A DNA stretch of 63,197 bases, filler included, from Hyphochytrium catenoides (GCA_900088475.1; 9 parts of 9 records of this genome joined end to end with filler, not necessarily neighbours in it), one strand, 5' to 3'. Numbered from the whole stretch's first letter, positions 25,120 through 37,675 are shown. A program made the numbers and translations. Notes: generated by a model not told the origin, from the sequence alone.

Positions 25120-26377
25120 GCAGCCACTCTTCTCCCTTCGCTACTCTGTAGCCTTTACTATCACGCCTCGCCTTCTTGTGTGCAAATGTCCTTTCCTGCT
25201 TCTCTCTCTCACTCTCTGCCTACTGCCGCTTTCTTCTCTCTCTCTCTCTCTCTCTCTCCTCTTTCTTTAGATGATCCGCGGCCTGGAGTTCTGGGCTGAT
25301 CCTTTGAACAAGACGGCGAACTGGGAGCGTTACCAGCGGCTTCTCTCTGTCTATAGCGACACCTCGCTCTATCCTAACAACGTCCCTCTCCCCGCCCTCG
25401 ATGCTCTCAGAACTTCAAACCCCAAGTGCCACCAGGTACCTCTCTTTCTCTCTCTCTCTCTCTATCTCTCTATCTCTCTCCATCTCTCTCCTCCTTTTCT
25501 CTCACTCTTCTACACCTCTCTATTTATCCCCGCCGGCATAAGATGTTTTCTCTTCCTCTGCGATTGTCTACCTCCCTTCTTATTCTTCCTTACACTCCCT
25601 GCTTTTGGAGCGGCATAATATGTGTTATAACATTACTAAATTTCTCCTCTCTCTCTCTCTCTCTTCTGCTTCTCTCTCTCTTTCTCTCGTCTTTTCTCGC
25701 TTCGTAGAACCTGATCAACTGTCAGCCTGCCTCTGGAGGCTGCTATAGAGACAACAGGATGACCTGCCGCAGCTGCCGCGTCTCCAAGGACGAGACGATT
25801 CCTTGCGAGTCAACCGAAGATTATGTCGCGCTTCCTTCTCTCCCCGTCCCTACCGCAGCTCCCATCCCCACTCCTAACACCGCAGCGCCACCTTCTACTT
25901 CTCCCACTGCAGGTATCCAACTTTTCTTCTCTCTCTCTCTCTCTCCCTCTCTTTCTCGTCCTGTGCTTCTGCTTCTCTCCCGCATGTCTCTCTCCCTCTG
26001 GATCTCCGCTCGGCACTAGCAGTTCTGGTCCTTTCCTCCTACTCGCCCTCTCTCTCTCTTTTTCCTTGCCTCACGTCTCCTCTCTCTCTTCTCAAGGTCC
26101 AGGGGCCAAGCCAACCTCTTCTCCTGGCGTCTCTCCGTCTCCCGGCACCGTCAACCCGGATCCTAAGAGCCTGAACACGAGAGGAGACACAGGCGATCAA
26201 GGAGAAGGAAAGGGTTTGGACACGCTGGACGTCGTTCTCATTGTTCTGGGAAGTGCGATCGGCGCTGTTCTGCTCATCGTCGCAGCCTCGTGGTTTTACA
26301 TCGTCAAGAGAGGGAGAAAGAGAGAGAGAGACGGACCTGCAGAGCCTCTTCTTAGTCAGGAGCAGGCTGAGCTCTAA
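23271..26377 (+). CDS. Oomycete-type uncharacterised Cys-rich secreted protein with Pro/Thr stalk and C-terminal TM helix (exons 23271-23496, 23766-23962, 24210-24374, 24592-gap, 24918-24996, 25271-25435, 25708-25912, 26097-26377)
   Basis: The spliced product has a signal peptide, VNTASLEGVLKFVHTECIN, CQRKNGANYVVF, EYGAYVTFDGGQC, DVRAPYPGGWWFSLPGECP, LEFWADP..N.ER, LP....L...NPKC and the TM helix VVLIVLGSAIGAVLLIVAASWFYIV. Confidence 0.85.
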
Positions 26378-26513
26378 TGACCTGACACACTCTCTCTCTC
26401 TATTCTCTGTCTACTCTCTCTCCCTGTGGCACGGTTTAACTTTGCCCTCTTTATCCGTCCTCTTTTAAGGTCTAATGCATTAGCAATAAATGACGGTCAA
26501 ATTATGTGCTCAG

Positions 26514-26550
<37 letters not shown>

Positions 26551-27317
26551 TTTATAAGTGCTTCTCTTTTCTGTCTTCCACTTCGACTCTAAGCAGGAAG
26601 GAAGCCTTTCCATGTTCGTTTCACAATCCTACGTACGATTTCTCTCTCTTAGTGTTTTTTCTCTTTCTCTCTGTCTCTCTTCTTCTTTTTCTTCATCTTC
26701 ACGCCTTTCTGGTGTTATGATGGACACATCTCTTTGTGGCTCTTCAAGTTTGTCAGCGTGTCCTCTTCTCTCTCCCTTGATCTGCTCAACTGGCAGAGAA
26801 GCTGCACGCCAAAGAAAAGAGAAAGAAAGCCAGGGAAAGAGGGTTAGCCGACGGCCCAAAGGAGTCAGTTCCCTCACTCTGGTTCATTCTCTTATCCTAT
26901 TTCTTCTCTATCGAGATCTTGCTAATTCTCCCTCTAATCTCTCTCTTGGCTCCGTCTCTTTCTCTCTTCATCGCCGTTAAAAGGTTCTCTCCCTCATTCT
27001 CTCTTTGCCACCTCTCTTCTCTGTATCTCGCTTTTCCTTTTCTCTCTCCCTCCCTCTCTCTCTCTCTCTCTCTCTCGCTCTCGCTCTCTCTCTCTCTCGC
27101 TNNNNNNNNNNNNNNNNNNNNNNNNNNNNNNNNNNNCCTTCGCCCTCGTTCTCCCTCGCCTTCTCCCTCTCTCTTCTCCCCTCTCTTCTCTCTCTCTCTC
27201 TCCCTATCCAAACATCCAGAATATACTTCGAAAACAATCTCCCTCTTTCTCTTTGGCTGGTACTCTCCCTGTCTTATCTACTCTCTCACTCTCTGTCTCT
27301 CGATTCACCTTTCTCAG

Positions 27318-28585
27318 GTCTCGCGTACAGCATAACTCTTCGCCTGTATATTCTTTACTACTCTCAGCACGCGATGGCCAAGGGAGAGTTGGACAGCTGG
27401 TTCGTCAAGAAGAAAGACATACTGAAGTGAGTCTCTCTCTCCCTCCTGCACCGGCTAATTCTCTCCGTTTTAGCTTGGCTTTCCAATAACTTTTGATGGG
27501 CTATTCAGCTCTTTCTCTCTCCGTCCACACTCCTCCTTCTTGTCTCTCTCGCTCCAGGTTCTTTGTCTGTTTGAAGTTCATGGTTGTTAGGTTCTCCCTT
27601 GTAACAGACTCTCTCTCTTTCCCGCTGTTTTCTTCTTCTGCCCCGCTCTGGAGCTTTCTGTTTCTTTATGATAGCCCTTGCACTCCTTCTTCCGTCTTTC
27701 TTATTTTCTCTCGACCAGTAGCCGACAGAACTCTGTTCATCCTGTTATCTGCTGCCTCTCTCTTTCTGTTTCTCTCCCTCACCACGCTTTCGTCTCTTCC
27801 TTTGTCTCCCCTTTATATATCCTCTCTATTTCCCTCCCCTTCAATTTCCTCTCTCTCTTTCTCACCTCTTCATTTTCTCCTTCTCTGACTATCCCCCCTT
27901 CTCGCTCTCTCTCTCTTCTACTTCTCTCTACTTTCTTTCTTTCGTTCTTCTCTTCCTTCTCGCTCTGCATCTCTCGTCCGGTGCTGGCTAACCTATGACT
28001 TGTCCTCTTCTAGGGGTTACCGCATGGATATAGCGATAGTTTGCGCGGCAGGAGTCATCCTCTCTTCTCCCATGCTGACACGTTTTCTTCAGCAGCCAGA
28101 ATACCTTTCTCTTCCCACCTCAGACCCGCGCTGCTCCTCATTCACAACCGGCCAGGTATAGAACAGCGTGAGAGAGGGAGAAAGAGAGAGACGACAGAGA
28201 GAGAGAGAGACAGATAGAGGGAGAGAGAAAGAGAGAGAGAACGAAAGAGTAATAACTCTTCTCGCTTGTTCCAGCCTCCCAGTCTTTCCCTTTCGTCTTA
28301 GTCGTCTCTCCTGCGCCTCCTTCGTTCGAGCAATGTTTCTCTCTCTGGTCCCTTCTTTCCCGCTCTTTGTCAACGGGCTCAGTTTTCTCGAGACATCCAT
28401 ATCTCTCTTTGAGAGGACGCGATCTCTCTTAACTGGTCTGGTCTCGGGCGACCTCTCTCCCCCTCTTTTTTCTGTCGTGGCTTTACGTGACTCATCCTCT
28501 GTTTCGTCTGTTCCGTCTCTCCCTTTCTCTCTCTTTCTCTCTCTTTCTCTCTCTTTCTCTCTCTTTCTCTCTCTTTCTCTCTCTT

Positions 28586-28617
<32 letters not shown>

Positions 28618-28634
28618 GTTCTCTTTCTTTCTCC

Positions 28635-28672
<38 letters not shown>

Positions 28673-29515
28673 TTCTCTCTCTCTCCTCTCTCTCTTTCTC
28701 TCTTTCTCTCTCTCTCGTTCTCTTTCTTTCTTTCTTTCTCTCTCTCTCTCTCTCTCTCTCACACACCCACACACAATAGTTTGTAGCTAAGCTCCTGAAC
28801 GCGTACTTCAGTCTCACGATGATGAAGAAGAATGCGGACCTCGTGAAAGAGGTGAAAGAGTCTTATCCCTTCCGCGCTTTGTATACGAGAGTCACAGCAA
28901 TTAACAAGCGGGTGTTCCTCTTCAATGAGCTTCCCTTCTGGATCAAGCAGGTGAGAAAGGAGTCGAGAGAGAGAGAGAGAGTTGGACCAAGCACGTGGAA
29001 AGAGTCAGAAAGAGAGAGGGAGAGAGCAGGGATTTATAAAAGCATGAACAGCCTCGAATAAATAGGTAGACGAGGGAGCTAGTTGTAAAAAAGGGGAATT
29101 CGCTGCGACAACCAATGACAGCAAGAGAGAGAGAGAGAGAGATAAAGGGTGACGACAAGAGAACGTTGGAAGCCGCCGGAGAGCTACGCTCATGAAGAGC
29201 CCTCAGAAGCAAAAGACATCGAAAGCAAAAGAAAAGACCACGCTCGCGCGAGAGAGGGAGAGAGAAAGAAAGAAAGAAGAGAAGACAACCGAGTCAGCAA
29301 GGGAGACACAAACAGCTAAGAAATAGACAGCAGATAGTGCCTGGGGAGAGAACAGTGACTTCATTCACCGAGGCGTTCTCTCTGCTTATCTCGGCTCTTC
29401 TCATCTCAATGACTTCTCCTAACATTTTCTTTGCTACCTTCCTTCTTGCTCACCTTCGATCTCCTTCTCGCTTTCTCCTCCCTCCTGCTCTTCCTCCGTC
29501 ACTCCTGCTCGTTCT

Positions 29516-29546
<31 letters not shown>

Positions 29547-30833
29547 NNNNNNNNNNGATCTCGCCGCTGTCTCCCAGCTGATCTTCGCCGTGGTTTTCTG
29601 CTTCAATTATCTTTTCAATCTACCGCTCAACATCACAAACGCAGCAGAGCTCCACCTCAGGAAAAAACAGCTTGGCTCCTCCTCTCTGTCTCTCTCTCTC
29701 TCCCCGTCTGTCGTCGCCAGCAGTGCAAAGAGCAGTGCGAGAGAAGAGGAAGACGACGACGTGGATATCCCACTGACGAAGATTAACAGTGCAACAGAGC
29801 TCAAAGAAACGCTTTGGGCTAACATTCCTCTTCAGGAAAAGTTCAAGGCCTATTTAGGTACGCTTTTCATTGAGTCTACTTTCCCTCTCTCTCACTCTCT
29901 CTCACTCTCTTTCTCTCTTCTCGTTATTCTCTCTCTCTCTCTCGGTGCCTCTGTGTGTTTGTGTGTGTGTGTCTCTCTTCTCTCCATCCCTAACTTCTTT
30001 CTTCAACTCTGATGACTTCCACTCCTAAACCTCTCTATGTCCTTCTCTCTCGTCTCTGCCTGTTCTTTTTTCCATCTGTCCATATATCAAGTCCGTGAGT
30101 TCGCGGTGGAGAACATGCTGTTTATCATGCAGCTGGTCCTTTACAAGCGGGACATCGCNNNNNNNNNNNNNNNNNNNNNNNNNNNNNNNNNNNNNNNNAC
30201 AGTGAGGACAGCCATCGCAGAGAGCAAGGATGGAACCCTGCCCACCACCATCTTTGACAAGGTAAGAGAGAGAGAGAGAGAGAGAGACAAGAGAGAGAGA
30301 AAGGGATTGATGAGATAGAGGCCATAGAGAGTGAAGAAACCCTCACACTCCTTGCTTAGGGTTAGGGTTGAGCTGGAAGATGGCAGACGCTAGGAGAACA
30401 AAAAAGAGGCTAGGAGAGGGCGAGGAATCCCCAGATGTTATGGATCTGGACAGCGTTGGCCTTGTTATTCTCTCTTTGGATCACCGCATTCTCTCTCCGT
30501 TAGCTTGTTTCCTCTCTTGCGCACCCTATGCCTCACGCTCTGTCTCTTTCGTATCTCTCCTTTCGTCTTCTCTTCTCTCTCTTCTCCTCCGGTTCCTCCT
30601 CTCAGATGGAGGCAGAAGTCTTCAAGATGATGGTCGATCCCTTTGGGCGCTTTCAGCAAAAGTTCAGGAAACAGGCTGCCGTTGCGGCGAGAGCAGCAGA
30701 AGCGGGAGGCGGAGGAGATGGAGAGAAGAAGCTGGTGGGACCGGCCAGCAGAGAGGGAGAACAGACATCAACAGCTCCGACGACGCTCGTAAAGAAGAAG
30801 TCTGCCGTGTCTCCCACCGTCTTCAAGCCATAG
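27318..30833 (+). CDS. Transmembrane RGS-domain protein (7TM-RGS-like); 5' end unresolved
   Basis: Exons 27318-27426, 28014-28155, 28780-28950, ~29557-29857, 30092-30261 (gapped) and 30606-30833. Hydrophobic helices are followed by the RGS signatures FKAYLVREFAVENMLFIMQLVLYK and IFDKMEAEVFKMMVDPFGRF. Confidence 0.78.
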
Positions 30834-31983
30834 GATTAGCTCTCTTCCCTCCATTGTTCTTCTCTGACCGTATCGGTTTGAAGTCTCTCTTCTCTTCCCT
30901 TTAGCTTTACTACATTTTGATCCTTGTCCTCGACGTAACGTTTGAGATCCCTTGATGAGATCGTGGATGCCCTTAGTTTGACAGACAGTGATTCTCCGCT
31001 GTTCTCTATCATTGTTAATAGGAAAGCCTGCACATATTTTCCATTCGCATCTCAACCATTTGATGCTGATAACAGTAGAAGAAGAAGAGAAGCCCAGACC
31101 ACGAGATGATGAGAGAGATGGAGAGAAAGTAAGAGAATGACAAGTCCTTCAGAAAAAGGGAGTACAAGGAGAAGAAAGGACGAAGGAAGAAGGAAGAGTG
31201 TCTTTGAAATTCTTGCTATGATTGATTTGGCAATGGTGGGACAGCTGCGGCGCGCGATGCAGAGACCATCATGGGTCTCTGTTGTGATCGTTCTCCTAAG
31301 GTTACGCCATGAGGTGATTCATTGCAGCCAAACATGTTTGTCACTGGCACCAACCTCCAGGGCAGTCGTCGTTTCTTGAGGCATTTGGCCTTCCCCTTTC
31401 ACCCCTCATACGCTGCTGATAATTTATCACTATCTATAGGAGGAAACGATGGAACGAAATGATAGAATGGTAGAAGAAGAGGTTTGCAGGAGAAAAGAGC
31501 TAGAACCTCGTTCTGGACTCTTCAGCTTCTGTTAACCATCAGCAGACGGGAAAGAAGCTCATAGTCACCTCCTCAGTGACTGACAATGTGCTTTAATGTT
31601 TCCCCTTATACTCTCGACAATCTGCTAGCTCACTCTGGGGCGACTGGCTTGGGATTGAACTAGTGTTAGAGAACAGCTATAGGGAAATCAACTATTTGTC
31701 AGAGGATAAACGGACGTCAAGACAGAGTTAGGTGCAGAAGCAGAAGCAACTGCCAAGAAAACTAGATGAAGGATGAAGTGAGGATGGAAGATGGAATGAT
31801 AGGAGAACAACGAGTGTATCGTTACTATACGATCAGGGAGGAGAGAAGAGGGATCTCCTGTCAACAACAACCAGCTCTTGAGATAAGGCAGCGAGACTTT
31901 GATGAAAGCTTTAGGACAACAGCAAAGCGAGGAGACAAGGCACAGTAGGTGGCACAAAAATTTTGCTTGCTTCTCCAGGGCGG

Positions 31984-32817
31984 TTAATTGAGGGGCGCGA
32001 AGCAGCCCACTAGAGTGAGCTCATGCGTCTGACGGTCCCAGTTCTTAGGCGTCAGCTTTGACGGGTCCAGTTCAGGATTAAACTGATTGCAATTGACCTT
32101 CAACTCATGGTCGATAGCTTCAGTGTATATGGGTGAATTCTCGGGGGCGATGCTCAACTTTAGTTGATAGACTGAAGACGGATATTTATCGCCATATATA
32201 GCGAGCCACCACCGGGATGATCGCTGGTAGCGGACGGTCGTGGCTTTGAAGTTCCTGACATCCTTGACCGTTGTACCAGGGCCTTGGTGGAGGTAACAAG
32301 GCGCTTCATCTTGTACGTCGATGTCGCCTCTATAGAAAGGATCAAGTGAATGATCTTTATAACGTTTAACAGGGTTATGCCTGGCGAATCCCACTTGACG
32401 ATACTGTCTCACGCCATCCTTCCTGACCTCATAAACCCAGAGAATGAACTTGACATCAGAAGAATCACCACCGTCCTTTTGTTTATCAGTCTGAATGGGT
32501 TTCTGCGCGGTGAGATAATAGAACCTGTTCTTCAGAGGCACAAGTCCCGGAGGGTAGCATCTGTTCTTTGACCACCTCGAGGCCTTCAGGCCACGAAGGA
32601 GACGTCTTGTCGGTGGTTGATAAGAGCCAGCTACCGCTGAAGGAGAGGGAAACGACGAAAAGGAAAACGTCGCAGGAGCCATCAGCTCCTGGCCGTTGAT
32701 GGGAGTTGCTATGTCTCCTCCTGTTGACGAGGGCGCGGAGTCAACTCCAAAGAAGAGCAAGAAGAGCTCTGAAAGAAGCACCGCAAGCGGGAGTAAAGAA
32801 GACCGCTTCCTGGCCAT
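31984..32817 (-). CDS. Intronless secreted hypothetical protein (277 aa) with an RRLLRG motif
   Basis: Clean non-repetitive ORF with an N-terminal hydrophobic signal (LLPLAVLLSELFLLFFGVDS) and a globular-looking C-terminal region with 4 Cys. Confidence 0.7.
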   Translation of the reverse strand: MARKRSSLLPLAVLLSELFLLFFGVDSAPSSTGGDIATPINGQELMAPATFSFSSFPSPSAVAGSYQPPTRRLLRGLKASRWSKNRCYPPGLVPLKNRFYYLTAQKPIQTDKQKDGGDSSDVKFILWVYEVRKDGVRQYRQVGFARHNPVKRYKDHSLDPFYRGDIDVQDEAPCYLHQGPGTTVKDVRNFKATTVRYQRSSRWWLAIYGDKYPSSVYQLKLSIAPENSPIYTEAIDHELKVNCNQFNPELDPSKLTPKNWDRQTHELTLVGCFAPLN

Positions 32818-33954
32818 GCTGGAGGGCGATGTGTTTGAAAGGGCACTTTCTCTTTTATCTTTGTCGTCTCCCCTTGTGTTCTTGAAGGCGCTTATCCCTT
32901 AGGTGTGACATGGTAAATTGTACACTGAATGGGAGATAGAGGTGACGAGGAAGACGGCAGGATGGATTGACAGAGATTGCGAGAAGGTCTACAAGGCTTC
33001 ATAGAGACGGCTGAAGACTGATCACACTTTTCTTAGGGAACCTGTTTGCGAAGAAGCCGTCGGAGGCGGGACACGAAGAAGAAACATGGTACCACATGCT
33101 CCGACAGTGAAACACACTCTGATTGAGCAGGAGAGGTAAGAATGGCAAGGAGACTGACAGGGAGCAAGGACGTCCGGAGAAAAAGACGGAGAAAGAGTCT
33201 CGCTAGACCCGCGCTGAGGAGCCATTGGACTATGCTGTCTTATCCTTGGGAATCTGGATGCTCGCACTTCTCCTGGTCTTCTCTAATCTCTGTCAGAGGA
33301 GAACAGCCAAGACCTTACACACTGATAGGGAGAGACATTGCTCTGCTCTCTATAAAATAGGAGGAGAAAGAGCTCCAGCTTGGCATGAAGGGGAGGCTCT
33401 TCCCTTGCTGCTGTCCTCTCCAGTCCACCGCAGCACTATTGTGCTAATGAACACCTAAACGAACGAACGATAGAGCAATGCGCAAGGGAGACAAATCAAA
33501 AGGAGAAAAAGCCGTGTAACATAATTGCCCTTGTCTCTCCTCTCGTCCGCTTGCACCAGAAGAGATGACAAGAAGCAAGTTTAAATTTTCTCACAGTGTC
33601 TTTCCTTTTCTACTACTACCGATAAGAAGGAGGAGAAGCAGAAGAAGAAGGTATACATACATTCATATAAAAAAGTAGAACTTTTTACTGATGAAAAGAA
33701 GGACTCTTCATTATCTTCTTCCTGTTCTTCATCTTTTACTTCTTCTTTAGCTTCTTCGTAGAAGAGAAAGATGAAGAACAGAAGAAAGAAGAAGAGGCAA
33801 CAAGAAGCACAAAGCCTTGGTCTCTTCTTCAGCTCTATCTTCACCGCTCTCGTACTCAGAAAGGGAGGAATCATCGTTGAGTTCCTCAGCACTAACAAGA
33901 GCCACCATCTCGGTCCAAAAGGCAAGCGAGAGAAGAGTCCAGTTGCTGAAGGGG

Positions 33955-35250
33955 AATAGGCTAAGGCTCTGAAGCACATTATATTCATGGAAAGCCAAAC
34001 AAGCCTGGTGTGCAGGCGTAACGCTATGGCCAGGCAGGCGAGACCACCGACCATGAGGCCGCGAAAGTACTATCAAGTGCAGAACGATCACACTGAAGTG
34101 TCACAAGCTGCTGCACACAGTCTAAGACACGCGGCATAGCTCCTCCCGAAGAATCGCAAATCAGCGAAACCAATGCCATGATACCGAGAAGCATTAAGTG
34201 GAAGAGCGACCACATGAAACCTTCACAAGCCCTTGTACACCGTAAAGGACACGACGAGGCTTAGCCCCATCCACAAAGTCTTTACTAGCGGGACATACTG
34301 CAGCCCTACAGCCTTACAGCGGCCCTGATATTCTCTCAACTTCGTAACCTCAGACAAACGACCTTGATAGCCGGCATGGACTGCTGCCTTTGTTGGATGG
34401 TAGAGCTCTGCCTTGCAGCAGATCCGTGATGGACACATCAGAAGCCGTGTGCTTACAAGAAATTGAGAAGCCACAAGCCACTAATAACCAACAAATCTCC
34501 GAGCTTCTGATTGGAGCCATGAAGGAGATGACGCGGTTTACGAGGCTCTTTCAAACCAGAGTCCCGAAAGCATGGAAGAGGGTGTCTTCTGAGAGACCGT
34601 GCCACTGGTCGGCTCGGGCCCCCTGACGACAGAACAAAGCGATGATCCTCGAAGGCATCCATTGGAATGATACAAATCCGGTGGCCGGACGCAGCATCAT
34701 TACGGACAAGAGGGATTCCTAAGTAATGGCATAAGATCATCCGAGAACACCACGGGGGAAGAAGCCTTCAAGTGCGTCTGGTTAGTAGGAGCAGCCCGAA
34801 AGAAAGCTCCTGCGTGCGGAAGAGAAGTAACCCACAAGCTAGACTTTGACCGCAAGTAGTTCCATCAGGGCCGCAGAAGACAGGAGAGCCGTAGTAGCCA
34901 ACGTCACCCATGCAAACCGGACAAATATCCAGGCAAACAATGCTTTCCTCTAGAGATGAGTAGGGGAAAGCGCTCCCCAACCTCGGCCCTATTGGTGTTA
35001 TAGAAAACGTCGAGCTGCTCAATTGCCAACGTTGAGAGTAAGCCTCGACGTCCAACATGCGCAGCGGTAGTTGCAGTCAAAGTCGCCGAGGCACCGACAG
35101 AACCAAGATACGAAACAGGAATCGCGGAAAAGCTAGCCCACACGCTAGACCGAGGCCACTTGACGGACGGGGTAAAATTACCTTCTGCTCACCCGGATGT
35201 CGTGACAAAAAAAAACGATGTATAAGCTCCTGGATCTGGAATTGAATGGG
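33955..35250 (-). mobile_element. Second, more decayed and 5'-truncated copy of the CRE-like retrotransposon
   Basis: Nucleotide and peptide homology to 5300-6400 (e.g. TCCGTGATGGACACATC; AAVHAGYQGRLSE..KL..Y..CKAVGLQ; LQCDRSALD; KLGDL), with many indels. Confidence 0.88.
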
Positions 35251-35467
35251 CGCTTGACATTACTAGCCTGGGAGCTTTCCTTTACCGCCTGGCTGGGTGT
35301 AAGTTGAAGGAGGCTCTGGCCCAGCAGGCACGGGCACCAGTAATAGCCTAACTCACTAACCAAGAGCTAAGCGCTGAAGTGTATACTCCTTCCCACCCCG
35401 ACTAAGTAAACAATACGTACTCTCTCCTCTGGCATAGGTCCAACGCAGCGGGGATCGGGCGGGCGGC

Positions 35468-35629
35468 TGACTGTTCTGGGGGACTGCATAATAGGTGTAG
35501 TCAGCTGTGCCTCTTCTATCCGTTGCCCTGTGTCTATCTTCCGGAATAGCCTGCAGAGGCTGAGGCTGCCGGAGCAAACGAGAGTGAAAGAGGTCAGCCC
35601 CATCCCTTGACCGCGCCAAGAAAGTTACA
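35468..35629. repeat. Third copy of the dispersed LTR-like repeat, ending GTTACA
   Basis: AATAGGTGTAGTCAGCTGTGCCTC...GCAGAGGCTGAGGCTG...AGGTCAGCCCCATCC...CCGCGCCA matches 1201-1333. Confidence 0.8.
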
Positions 35630-37621
35630 AGGAGGAAGAAGGAAGAGAATAACCCAAGAATAAGGATGGGAAACCATAGGTAGAAGAAGCAGAGTGACAC
35701 GCATCATGGTGGAGGGTAAGCCTAGCCAAGCACTCTCTCTTGAAAATGAAGACTTATAGCTTCCAAGCCAGTTGACAAGATGGTCGTCCATACCCTCACT
35801 TCCTCTCTCATACAATCCTGACTACCTACACGGTCTAGAACTTATGTCTCTTTCTCTTAGAAAGGAGAGGAAAGAGTTGGAACTGATAAATCTTCGATTT
35901 CTTCTTTCATAGTTGATACAGGATCAGTTCTCTCTCATTCTCTTTCTCTCGCCCCCTTCTCTCTTCTTCTCCTACATCTCGGACGATCTGACTCTCTCTT
36001 CTCGCTCCTCTTCGGTGGCTCTCTCTTTTTCTTCTTCTCCTCCGTTCAACATTCGGAGGTTGCAGAATGTGAGAAAGGAAGACAGCGAAGAAGAAAAAGA
36101 AACGAAAGGGAGACACTCCTTCCACCACGTGGTCTTCTCCTGAAAGAGCGAGGAGGAACAGAAGGATCACGAGCAAGCAAGGGACAACCAGGAAAGGGAA
36201 GAAGAGGAGACAGAGAGATAATGTAGTGGACGACGAAGAAGAAGAGGAAATGCGAGCAAGAGAGAGGAGAGAAGAGGAAGAAACGGACAATGGGAGAAGG
36301 AGGAGGGGACAGAAGAAGAGAGTGAAGAAGAGAGAAGACAACCTCAACGGGAAGAAGCCGATCCCATGCCACCATTAGGAGGAGAGGAAATATGGCGAAG
36401 GGAGAATGCACCATTTCTTTGGGAGAAGAGAGGAGAGACAAGAAGAGGAAGAAGACGATCACGAGGCAACCAGAAGAAGAGAAGATATTTACAGTGATAG
36501 CCGCTGGTGTTTCATGGCCTGGTTGGTGTATGGCATGCACGGTAACATCCGTGACATAATTAAGAGTTCTGACCATCGAACCTTGATCCCTAGGTTAAGA
36601 AGAGAACTACTAGTTCTATTCCTGGCAAAGTAGTTCCTCCAAGGTCTCTATACTGAGACCAGAAGATCTATTATGACAAACAAATAGTCAACAGCAGACT
36701 TAGCTCTAAACTCTGCTGTTCACGATTCCCCCTAAAATAGAGTTAAGGTAGCGAGTGTCATCTAGGCGCTTTCCTTCTGTATTATTATTAAATGGTAGGA
36801 AGTGAGATGATAGCTACTAATAAGGTACTAATTAACTACTCAGAAGTAAAAGAAGAAGTAAAAGATGAAAAAAGAAGAAGAAAGAGAGGAGTACCTGTAA
36901 GAAGAAGAAGAGGAAGAAGAAGAAGAGGAAGAAACAAGGAAAGCTATAACACCTTGGTCTCGTCCTCCACAGCTCGATCTCCTCCACACTCATTTTCTTC
37001 ACTATTCTTATTCCGACAATCGTATAGTAGTTCTACTACTAAAGGTAGGCAGTGCTGCTGGCGGCTCGCGCTGCGTGTAGGGTTTCCTCCCCGTCGTTCT
37101 GGAAGTTCAAGAGCAGAAAAGAGCGTTTATGTCCTTCTGTTTACTCTTTCTTCTGTTCCTCTCTTTACTCGTAACGATTAGTTCTATCTCATCCTCCTTC
37201 TCCATCTCTTTCTAGGTTATCGCTATAGAGTAAAGAATGACTTCTCTCTCTTTCTGAAGAGTAGAACTAGTAGTGACATCTTCTTCTTGTCGGATAAAAA
37301 GATAGGTCTAATGTTCCTCATCCGAACGTATCTATCTCCCTCGTCTACCTTTCCCCTGTCAATCAGTCACTCGTAGCAGCAGTCACTGCCTCACTTGGTT
37401 TCCCTAGTTATAGAAGGCTGCCCCTTTTAACAAGGAAGTTTAGCGGCTGCGCTTCGGGGTCTCGGATATCTGACCGTATCTTGCTACCGTAGAACAACGT
37501 CCTCTCTCCTCTCTAACCCTCACCGCACTGTTTCAAGCTGCAATCTTCTTTCCATCGCATTCTGATGAGGGTTAAGAAGAGGAAGGAACGTCAAAGACAG
37601 AAAGAAAAGAGGAGAGAGAGG

Positions 37622-37675
<54 letters not shown>

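Noticed and set aside
30356-30369. TTAGGG telomeric repeat
   Set aside because: Only about two units, inside an intron; not enough to call an interstitial telomere.
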